Shown here: positions 9,069 through 15,260 of the stretch, piece by piece
How positions within the stretch are numbered: the first letter of the stretch is position 1
Layout of the letters: the number at the start of each line of letters is the position of its first letter
From: an uncultured virus (IMG/VR IMGVR_UViG_3300027969_000094)
Taxonomy: Duplodnaviria > Heunggongvirae > Uroviricota > Caudoviricetes
Length of the DNA: 20,000 nucleotides
Strand: one strand, 5' to 3'
Virus record (IMG/VR): IMGVR_UViG_3300027969_000094
Made by a program: the position numbers and the translations under genes
Notes under the pieces: generated by a model
Database searches by the model: none
Seen by the model: the letters and a program-made list of their open reading frames with translations, nothing else
What the model was told of the DNA's origin: nothing

Positions 9069-9337
9069 TTATACCCACCACCAGCCGCCTTATATTTTTT
9101 AGCTACTAGTTGCGCTTTACGAGCCGACCACTGACCTGCGCCAGTACCCTGTGTTGCAGCTGCTTTAACTTGAGAAACTATACGTTTACGCATTTCTGGT
9201 TTTGTGTAATTACCAGCCTCATTGACCGTGCCGCCTTCTTTATACTGTGTAAAGTCAGTATTATCACGGCGAGCTTTTTTGACGCCGTTAGGCATCTTTG
9301 ACGGAGAAATTGCGCCCATACCTCTGCTTGGTCTCAT
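9065..9337 (-). CDS. Small basic protein, resembling the N-terminal half of DUF5872-type proteins, with an N-terminal extension ending in YKEGG
   Basis: 90 aa containing NYTKPEMRKRI...GQWSARKAQLVAKKYKAAGGGY. ATGA overlaps at both ends. Confidence 0.75.
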   Translation of the reverse strand: MRPSRGMGAISPSKMPNGVKKARRDNTDFTQYKEGGTVNEAGNYTKPEMRKRIVSQVKAAATQGTGAGQWSARKAQLVAKKYKAAGGGYK

Positions 9338-9525
9338 GCTCTTGTCTTTCCACGAACGCAGCAGCCATCTGCACGGGCGGAAGCAGATTTAACCTTACCG
9401 CCAGACTTCATTCCTTTGGATGCTTTTTCTACATCCTTATAGTCTTTGTATTTAGAAGAAGTAGTTCCTGTTTTAGACATACCTTCCTCAAACATTTCAA
9501 CTATTTTTGGTGCCATAAATCCCAT
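9334..9525 (-). CDS. Small basic protein with C-terminal MKSGG...RADG...RGKTRA module
   Basis: 63 aa. The last 25 aa are paralogous to those of 9528..9893. Confidence 0.8.
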   Translation of the reverse strand: MGFMAPKIVEMFEEGMSKTGTTSSKYKDYKDVEKASKGMKSGGKVKSASARADGCCVRGKTRA

Positions 9526-9605
9526 AACTAAGCCCTCGTCTTTCCACGAATTGCAATACCGTCTGCACGGGCAGAAGCGGATTTAACCTTACCACCAGAC
9601 TTCAT
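9334..9605 (-). repeat. 78-bp diverged direct repeat (9334-9411 and 9528-9605) encoding the shared C-terminal module
   Basis: Codon alignment by hand: 22 of 25 aa are identical, and 8 of those identical residues use different synonymous codons. Confidence 0.9.
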
Positions 9606-9893
9606 AGCTCTTGGGTTTGTAATGCTTTTTAATTCTGCAGCGCCCGAATTACCACCAAACCCACCAGATGTTGGGCCTGTTCTTGGTCCTGTATCTGAAT
9701 AAGCCTTGCCAGTATATTTAGGTTCAGCTCTAGTTGTTTCAGCCATCTTACTTATTTCAGCCTTAGCCCTATCAGATTTAGCTTTTTCTAAATCTTCATC
9801 AAACTTTCCAGGACCATGCTTTGGCTTGGCTGGATACTTCTCCTGCCCATCACCGTCAGTCTTTTTAGAAGGATCTACAGGCTCAATTGGCAT
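9528..9893 (-). CDS. Low-complexity protein with C-terminal MKSGG...RADG...RGKTRA module
   Basis: 121 aa, starting immediately after the upstream stop. GGAG RBS. Confidence 0.8.
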   Translation of the reverse strand: MPIEPVDPSKKTDGDGQEKYPAKPKHGPGKFDEDLEKAKSDRAKAEISKMAETTRAEPKYTGKAYSDTGPRTGPTSGGFGGNSGAAELKSITNPRAMKSGGKVKSASARADGIAIRGKTRA

Positions 9894-10079
9894 TTAGCAA
9901 GCTCCGCCGCCCATCATCTTAATCATTTTGCCTTTGGTGTGACCTTTAGTTACACAGCCGTCAGCACGAGTTACGCCGCCTTTAGCCATACCATGCATCT
10001 TTTTCTCATGAGTAGCAACTTCTTGCTTAGCTACTTTTTTCATCATTGGCATATCTTGTTTAATATCATCGTGTTTCAT
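9894..10079 (-). CDS. Small basic protein (MAKGGVTRADGCVTKGHTKG motif)
   Basis: 61 aa from the ATG at 10079 (MKHDD...), 2 nt after the stop of 10082..10222. The ORF-track start at 10088 overlaps that gene. Confidence 0.78.
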   Translation of the reverse strand: MKHDDIKQDMPMMKKVAKQEVATHEKKMHGMAKGGVTRADGCVTKGHTKGKMIKMMGGGAC

Positions 10080-10081
10080 AG

Positions 10082-10222
10082 TTAGCAAGCCTTTCCGCTT
10101 TTAGTTGTTTTCTTAGCTACGCCGCCTTTTTTCATAGGCATTGCAGCGCCTTTAGCTGGCTTTTTACCAGCAGCTTCTTTTTTCTTTGCAATCATTTCCA
10201 TAAATGGGTTTGGCTTTTTCAT
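10082..10222 (-). CDS. Small very basic protein, 46 aa; not in ORF track
   Basis: Manual translation: MKKPNPFMEMIAKKKEAAGKKPAKGAAMPMKKGGVAKKTTKSGKAC*. It fills the gap exactly, has AAGGT upstream and carries the MKKGG motif. Confidence 0.8.
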   Translation of the reverse strand: MKKPNPFMEMIAKKKEAAGKKPAKGAAMPMKKGGVAKKTTKSGKAC

Positions 10223-10225
10223 AAT

Positions 10226-10462
10226 TTACCTTTGAATAAGTTGGTCAATCTTGCTTTCAAGCTTGTTAAAGCGAGCATCGATGTGCTCCATAATGCGGTC
10301 AACTTCTGCTTTAGTAACGTTATCACGAGCTACCTCTTCTCTTGTTTTGTTTAACAAAATACCAATACGACCAAGTTCATTAAACTTTTCGTGCATGACA
10401 TATCCGATTAGGGCTACAAATATAGTTAACCCACCAGTCCAAAGTTCCATCATATCTAGCAT
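10226..10462 (-). CDS. Small membrane-anchored coiled-coil protein
   Basis: Hydrophobic segment LWTGGLTIFVALIGYVM followed by a heptad-like tail (VDRIMEHIDARFNKLESKIDQL). The start is uncertain (10462, 10453 or 10450); GAGGT lies upstream of 10462. Confidence 0.7.
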   Translation of the reverse strand: MLDMMELWTGGLTIFVALIGYVMHEKFNELGRIGILLNKTREEVARDNVTKAEVDRIMEHIDARFNKLESKIDQLIQR

Positions 10463-10713
10463 TTCCACCTCTTTAAAGAGGCAGCCTTACGAGTAGGGCG
10501 ACCTTTTTCATCTTTCATTGGGCCTGGCATACCAGACATCCTAGCGCAAAAAGACTTTTTACGAGGACCACCTTCAGGCTGTGGAGCCTTTAGATTCGAG
10601 CCAGTAGCTGCATTATACTTAGCACGACCTTTGGCGGTAAGCCCAGCGCCCTTAGATACAGGCAACTTTTCACCACGACCAACCGCAAGGGAGGGACCTT
10701 TTTTCTTAGCCAT
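10456..10713 (-). CDS. Small basic protein, DUF6321-like
   Basis: 85 aa with GAGLTAKGRAKYN..TGSNLKAP and RKKSFCARM...RWKC motifs. Family name recalled, not searched. Confidence 0.75.
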   Translation of the reverse strand: MAKKKGPSLAVGRGEKLPVSKGAGLTAKGRAKYNAATGSNLKAPQPEGGPRKKSFCARMSGMPGPMKDEKGRPTRKAASLKRWKC

Positions 10714-10996
10714 GGAAAACTGTTACCGCTGCGTTGGTTGGTAAATTTACATACACACCATTATTAAACCTAATACCTTCACCAGGTATTAATGTAGAAA
10801 TAATAGCTGTGTTTACAGTAATATTTATTTTTAAACGCTCAGTACCCGAAGCAGAATTAGCTGCAGTGTCATAAAAAATAATTTCACCAGCGGTTCCACC
10901 AGAAGCTACTTGATACCCTTTAATTCTAGTAGGACCAATAATAAGTTGAACGTCTCCATCTGCATGCGCTGCTTGTACGTCATATTGCATACCCAT
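10706..10996 (-). CDS. Small beta-rich virion-associated protein
   Basis: 96 aa with the GPTRIKG...IPGEGIRF..GVYV pattern. RBS GGAGA. Confidence 0.75.
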   Translation of the reverse strand: MGMQYDVQAAHADGDVQLIIGPTRIKGYQVASGGTAGEIIFYDTAANSASGTERLKINITVNTAIISTLIPGEGIRFNNGVYVNLPTNAAVTVFHG

Positions 10997-11021
10997 AATT
11001 AATCTCCAAAAAAAGTTAAGA

Positions 11022-11045
11022 TGAGTTAGGGAAAACCCTAACTCA
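11022..11045 (-). promoter_or_regulatory. Perfect 10-bp intergenic stem-loop (possible weak terminator, processing or stability hairpin)
   Basis: TGAGTTAGGG-TTTT-CCCTAACTCA on the minus strand. The T7 tract lies 7 nt downstream rather than adjacent. Confidence 0.65.
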
Positions 11046-11054
11046 CAAGATTAA

Positions 11055-11507
11055 TTAAGTATTGCCAGTGCAAAGAACCATTTGGCTTGCAGCCCAAGGA
11101 GCGTCAGGATTACCGTTGCCGCCGTACTCAACAGCATAGCCAGCAGGTAAAACAACGCCATCTGCGTCCAAGTTAACACGTTGGAATACGCCAGCAGATG
11201 TCTGATAACCAGCTAAAACGTGGGCAACTGCGCCATAGTTCAAAATAAAACCACGTAGACCAGCATAGTTAGGATCTGCGTTAGTAATGCTAAAGGCTTG
11301 ACCGTTGGTTGTCTGTACTAAAGGCAAAGTTAAAGTAACTTCACTAGCAGGACCGCCATCAGCAGGTGAAAGAATAAGGACTTGTGAACCAGCAGTAATA
11401 GGAATTACGTTGCTGTATTGGGCAGCTAACGCTGAAGTAATGTAAATAATAGGCTGTGCAAAACCGTTAAGCGATCTGACGGGGCCTGTAAAAGTGGTAA
11501 ATGCCAT
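11055..11507 (-). CDS. Putative capsid-associated (decoration / head fibre-like) protein
   Basis: 150 aa from the ATG at 11507 (MAFTTFTGPVRSLNGF), with an AAGGA RBS. First gene after the major capsid gene. Confidence 0.7.
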   Translation of the reverse strand: MAFTTFTGPVRSLNGFAQPIIYITSALAAQYSNVIPITAGSQVLILSPADGGPASEVTLTLPLVQTTNGQAFSITNADPNYAGLRGFILNYGAVAHVLAGYQTSAGVFQRVNLDADGVVLPAGYAVEYGGNGNPDAPWAASQMVLCTGNT

Positions 11508-11519
11508 GATAAATTTTCC

Positions 11520-11592
11520 TTCATACAAAGTTCAGCTTATTAGTCTTGTATGCGTCTGCTGGGGCAGTCTAATAAGCGGGTAACACCCAGAT
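11520..11592 (-). ncRNA. Structured cis-RNA element downstream of the major capsid gene (candidate Mu-gpT-DE-like motif)
   Basis: Three interleaved complementary pairs: CTGGG/CCCAG (11590-86 with 11563-59), GCTTATTAG/CTAATAAGC (11577-69 with 11543-35) and CATACAA/TTGTATG (11552-46 with 11528-22). The position matches my recollection of the Mu-gpT downstream element; not verified by search. Confidence 0.65.
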
Positions 11593-11611
11593 ATTTAAAT
11601 CTTACTACAAA

Positions 11612-11640
11612 TAAAACAAAAAGGGGGGATTTCTCCCCCC
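11612..11640 (-). terminator. Rho-independent terminator after the major capsid gene
   Basis: GGGGGGA-GAAA-TCCCCCC stem with a GNRA loop, followed by TTTTTGTTTT, 5 nt after the capsid stop codon. Confidence 0.9.
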
Positions 11641-11645
11641 AATTT

Positions 11646-12554
11646 TTAGGCTCCTTGGGAACCCCACATACCTAGTGGATCTGACCAGCCAAAGCTATAA
11701 CGCTCACGAGACTTGTAACGTACGTTACCTGTATCGAAGTCACCATCCATAGAATTCTGGAGTGGTGTACGAACGAAATGCTTCATACCGTTTGGAACAT
11801 CAGTTGTCAAGAACCATGCGTTTGTGTCGGTCAAGAAGTGGTTAATTGTGTAACCTTCTGGAATCGAGCCATTGTTCTTAATTGCGTTGATGTCGTTATC
11901 AGCTGTACCAACACGCAGTTCAGTTTCGAGCAAACGAGTTGCAACGAACTGTAATGATGGAGGGACAATCATCTTCTTAGGTTTAGCAGCGATCAACAAT
12001 GAACGCTCGTCAGTCCACAAAGAGATTTGAATAACAGCGGCTTCCAAAGAAGTCTCATTCAAGTCTGATGGGGTTGCTGGGATGTTACTGTTGGTACCAC
12101 CAGAAACCAATGGGTGATCGTTAGCAAACAATGCAACACCGTCACCACCTGGGTAGCTAGCGTTAAAGCCATTGTTGATAACAGCAGCACCACGAACTTG
12201 CTTGGTATACGCCATGGAACGAGCTAAAGCCTTGGTATAACGAGCAGACAATGAGTCATACAAGTTATCTTCAATTGCTTCTTCGGTCAGAGAGAAACCC
12301 TGAGCGATCGTTACGTGTGTATAGCGAGCAGTCCATGCTTCTTGCCCGTTGTCATAAGCGATTGCGGAGCCTTCGTTTTTAACTGGGGCAGCACTAAAGC
12401 CAGACAATTTGGTTTCTTCTTCGAAGGAACGCTCAGAGGATTCAGTTTCGTAAATCTCGTTAGTTTCTTCACCATACTTTGCATACTCAAGTCCGAACAA
12501 TGCGTTCAAGCCTGGGAGCAACTCTTTCAGTAGTTGTGCGCGTGAAATAGCCAT
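11646..12554 (-). CDS. Major capsid protein (Mu gpT-like, HK97 fold)
   Basis: 302 aa with LLPGLNALFG.EY, K.EG.AI.YD, F.LTEEA.EDNLY and DGDFDTGNVRYK.RERYSFGWSDP patterns. Strong RBS and a downstream terminator; lies downstream of the portal and scaffold genes. Confidence 0.9.
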   Translation of the reverse strand: MAISRAQLLKELLPGLNALFGLEYAKYGEETNEIYETESSERSFEEETKLSGFSAAPVKNEGSAIAYDNGQEAWTARYTHVTIAQGFSLTEEAIEDNLYDSLSARYTKALARSMAYTKQVRGAAVINNGFNASYPGGDGVALFANDHPLVSGGTNSNIPATPSDLNETSLEAAVIQISLWTDERSLLIAAKPKKMIVPPSLQFVATRLLETELRVGTADNDINAIKNNGSIPEGYTINHFLTDTNAWFLTTDVPNGMKHFVRTPLQNSMDGDFDTGNVRYKSRERYSFGWSDPLGMWGSQGA

Positions 12555-12567
12555 TTTTTAGCTCCTA

Positions 12568-13188
12568 TTAGGCTGCATAATCCAAGCCAGTAGCTCGGAG
12601 AATTTGCGGGTTGTTTAACTTAACTACTACTTCTGTATAACCAGCAGAAGTGGCAGTCGCTGGGACAACTTCAACAGCACGAACAGGCAGTGTTGCTGCG
12701 TTACCTGCGTTGTCAGTAGCAACAAGAACACCCGTACCAGAGTTACCAGTGGTTGTATCACCAGTACCTTGGTCAATTGCCATGTTTACACCAACAATGC
12801 TTTGGTTAACTGTAGTAACAACGCTATTTGCGTATACAACAGCTACTTTAAAAGCAGCCATAGGATCGTCAACTACATAAGCAATAGCGTCAGTAACGCT
12901 GGTGCCTGGATAGTATTGAGCCTGTACTGTTTGACTTTGACCATTTACATACTGACAACCCATAAATACACCATAGGTGTAATTAGCAGCTGAAGTTGTA
13001 GAGTCATTTGTAACGCCTGATTTTGCAATAGTGCCACCATCAACTATAGCCACAATATCCCCGTAGAAAATCGCAGTATTGTAATTACTTGCGATTGGCA
13101 ACTGACGGGTTGCACCAGCGTAGGGTTTACCATCCACGCTGTTGATTGGGCGTAAGCCGTAGGGAGCATTAACGGTTGGATAAGCCAT
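12568..13188 (-). CDS. Putative capsid cement/decoration protein
   Basis: 206 aa, beta-rich (PYGLRP, AIFYGD.V, GVFMGC.Y, AYVVDDP). Immediately upstream of the major capsid gene, with an AGGAG RBS. Function inferred from position. Confidence 0.6.
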   Translation of the reverse strand: MAYPTVNAPYGLRPINSVDGKPYAGATRQLPIASNYNTAIFYGDIVAIVDGGTIAKSGVTNDSTTSAANYTYGVFMGCQYVNGQSQTVQAQYYPGTSVTDAIAYVVDDPMAAFKVAVVYANSVVTTVNQSIVGVNMAIDQGTGDTTTGNSGTGVLVATDNAGNAATLPVRAVEVVPATATSAGYTEVVVKLNNPQILRATGLDYAA

Positions 13189-13211
13189 TTGAATCTCCTA
13201 AAATTAAAAAA

Positions 13212-13661
13212 TTAACCACCTTTGCCAAAGCTACTTGTAGTTTTACCTTCATTGAAGATAGGCATACGAGGATCACTTTGACGCATAAGAGTGTTCTCTA
13301 CAGCATTCATTTGAGCATCTGATTGTTTAGCATAATGTGCATTGCGCTGGTCAACGAACTCAAGTGGAGTCTTGCAAAGTAACAAACCACCGACCTCAAT
13401 ATTGTCCTTAAAGCGACTATTGGGATCAGCTAGCAGTTGAAATTTGGGTTGCTCTTCTAGTCTTACAGGTTCCCATCCTTCTCTTAACTTCGCTGAGAGG
13501 TTGCGAGGATCGGCCTGATTAAGGGTAGAAACACGAATCCATCTGTAGGCATATCCAGCTTGCTTATCGGGTTCAGGGAGAAGCTCAGGTTGCGACCACT
13601 GCTTTGGGCGCTCTGACTGGGTACGACTTTCTAATTCTCTTTGTAATCTGTTTGTTGCCAT
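13212..13661 (-). CDS. Conserved-type phage head-module protein of unknown function
   Basis: 149 aa from the ATG at 13661 (GGAGG RBS, 1 nt after the upstream stop). Motifs GY.YRWIR, REGWEPV and VGGLLLCK. Ends in FGKGG. Confidence 0.75.
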   Translation of the reverse strand: MATNRLQRELESRTQSERPKQWSQPELLPEPDKQAGYAYRWIRVSTLNQADPRNLSAKLREGWEPVRLEEQPKFQLLADPNSRFKDNIEVGGLLLCKTPLEFVDQRNAHYAKQSDAQMNAVENTLMRQSDPRMPIFNEGKTTSSFGKGG

Positions 13662-13662
13662 G

Positions 13663-14640
13663 TTAGGCCTCCAATTTATTAAGTTCACGGGCATACTGCT
13701 CAGGGCTTAAGCCAAACTTTTTAGCCAAAGCCACTTGCGTTTTTGTCAATACAATCTTTTTTGAAGATGTACTGCGTCTTGCAGGCGCTACGACCGTACT
13801 CAACCTAGATGTACGTTGAGGCTTTTCTTCCTCATCGTTTTTTACTTCAATGTCGTCGAATTCTTCTGGAAAGCGACGTTGTACTTCTGTGTCAATACGT
13901 TTGAAATATTCATCCGTACCAACAAATGCTCTACCAAACTTTTCTTCAAGCTCCTCATGAATAAATACAGCATATTTACTCATTGATTTCTTGTCTGGAT
14001 CAACGTACCAGGGGTTGTTTGACACCCATTCAGCAACTTTATCATCCATCTGTGCAGGCTGCTGAGACTGCTTAGTTTGTATTTTTACATCATTTTCAGC
14101 AATTTGTACAGTAGGTTTGAAATTTTTTGCTTTGTCAAGTTTAAGTTGCGCCCGCATCATATCTTCTTGAGCTTCTGCTAATGCATCAGAATCCCCAGAA
14201 TCGTACGCTTCTTTGTACGCTTTTCTTGCCTGTGCCGCTTCTAACTCAGCAGAGTTTTGGTAGCTAGAAATTAACTCTTTCTCGCCACTTTGCAGGACTT
14301 CTTTTAGACGCCGATTCTCATCTAAGATTGATTGCGCCGCTGCCAAAGCCTCTTGTTGTTCACGTAAAGCTGCTTCTTTTGCCCTACGCTCGTCATGCCA
14401 AGCTTTTTTATATTGTGTAAACTTATCCTTTACATTTTTAGAGTATTCTGCAGACGAATCAGCAGTTTCTAAGTCTTTTTTGATGTCATTAGGTAAAGGT
14501 TCTACGTTCCGATCCTCTTTAGGGGTATCGTCAACAATCTCAACGTTTATCGAGCCTTCTTCTAATTCATCTACGGGTTTACCCTTAGTTTCTTCCATCT
14601 CGTCAGGAAATTGAAAGTCATCTTTTTGCATTTCAGCCAT
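13663..14640 (-). CDS. Putative capsid scaffolding protein
   Basis: 325 aa with an acidic N-terminus, a long coiled coil and a C-terminal helix-turn-helix-like LTKTQVALAKKFGLSPEQYA. Located between portal and capsid genes. Confidence 0.7.
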   Translation of the reverse strand: MAEMQKDDFQFPDEMEETKGKPVDELEEGSINVEIVDDTPKEDRNVEPLPNDIKKDLETADSSAEYSKNVKDKFTQYKKAWHDERRAKEAALREQQEALAAAQSILDENRRLKEVLQSGEKELISSYQNSAELEAAQARKAYKEAYDSGDSDALAEAQEDMMRAQLKLDKAKNFKPTVQIAENDVKIQTKQSQQPAQMDDKVAEWVSNNPWYVDPDKKSMSKYAVFIHEELEEKFGRAFVGTDEYFKRIDTEVQRRFPEEFDDIEVKNDEEEKPQRTSRLSTVVAPARRSTSSKKIVLTKTQVALAKKFGLSPEQYARELNKLEA

Positions 14641-14650
14641 GTTTTATCTC

Positions 14651-15070
14651 CTAGATAAATTTGCGTTTAATGCCGCGTGGGTCTTGTACAACAGCTTCCA
14701 CGGAGTCGTCATTAATTATGCGGAACTCACGGTCATGTATAACTAGACGTGTGCCCGCGTTTGGTCGAACCAGAATAAAGTCGCCCTTTTTGCACCAAGG
14801 CCCAGTTGGATAGCGCTCAGGATCTTTATAGCAATCTTCACCTAAGTCAACTACAAATAGAACAGTGGTTAAAAGTTCATCAGTTCTAATTAATTCATCA
14901 GGTTTAAGAATGCCAGACTCAAACTCTTTTTCAACTTCGGGAATAGCACAAAGTATTCTGTAGCCTTTCGGTGTAGGAAGTTGTTTGGCTCTTTCTTCTA
15001 CTTCTTTATTCAATATTGCACTTAAATCTACTGCTCTGGTTAAATCTACCGCTGTCTGTTGGTCACTCAT
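14651..15070 (-). CDS. groES: GroES/Cpn10-like co-chaperonin
   Basis: P.GYRIL...E....SGI..P mobile-loop region, V.LG...Y, KKGDF.L....GT...I......IINDD.V.AVV, all matching the Cpn10 pattern. Confidence 0.8.
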   Translation of the reverse strand: MSDQQTAVDLTRAVDLSAILNKEVEERAKQLPTPKGYRILCAIPEVEKEFESGILKPDELIRTDELLTTVLFVVDLGEDCYKDPERYPTGPWCKKGDFILVRPNAGTRLVIHDREFRIINDDSVEAVVQDPRGIKRKFI

Positions 15071-15260
15071 CCGAGTTCTCCATTGCTTTATTAAGGTCGG
15101 TTATGTAGTTACGTGCAGTTAGGAGACCTCTCACCTCACCACACACTTTTTTGTACTCGTCGTATGTCTCTACGCGACCGTCTGCGAGAGCTTCCTGGAG
15201 TTGCAAAATCTTGTCGTCAATTTGACGTTTTAATACATCGAAAGCCTTATCAGCTTGCAT
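15063..15260 (-). CDS. Small helical phage protein between portal and GroES
   Basis: 65 aa with the L..G....YDEYK..CG...GL motif. TAATG overlap with the portal stop. Confidence 0.75.
   Translation of the reverse strand: MQADKAFDVLKRQIDDKILQLQEALADGRVETYDEYKKVCGEVRGLLTARNYITDLNKAMENSDE

Noticed and set aside
8794..9301. Overlapping alternative ORFs (8794..9102 +, 8821..9081 -, 8834..9109 +, 9110..9301 +)
   Set aside because: They overlap better-supported, motif-bearing and translationally coupled minus-strand genes.
9334..9605. Repeat considered as a CRISPR array or DGR template/variable repeat pair
   Set aside because: Only two copies, both coding. Differences are mainly synonymous and not adenine-specific, and no reverse transcriptase or cas gene is present in the window.
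11508..11528. ORF-track TTG start at 11528
   Set aside because: It lies within the RNA structure and upstream of the AAGGA RBS. The ATG at 11507 is preferred.
11590..11660. Programmed readthrough or frameshift extension of the major capsid protein
   Set aside because: No slippery site seen before the stop, a strong terminator follows, and the readthrough frame closes within about 17 codons.
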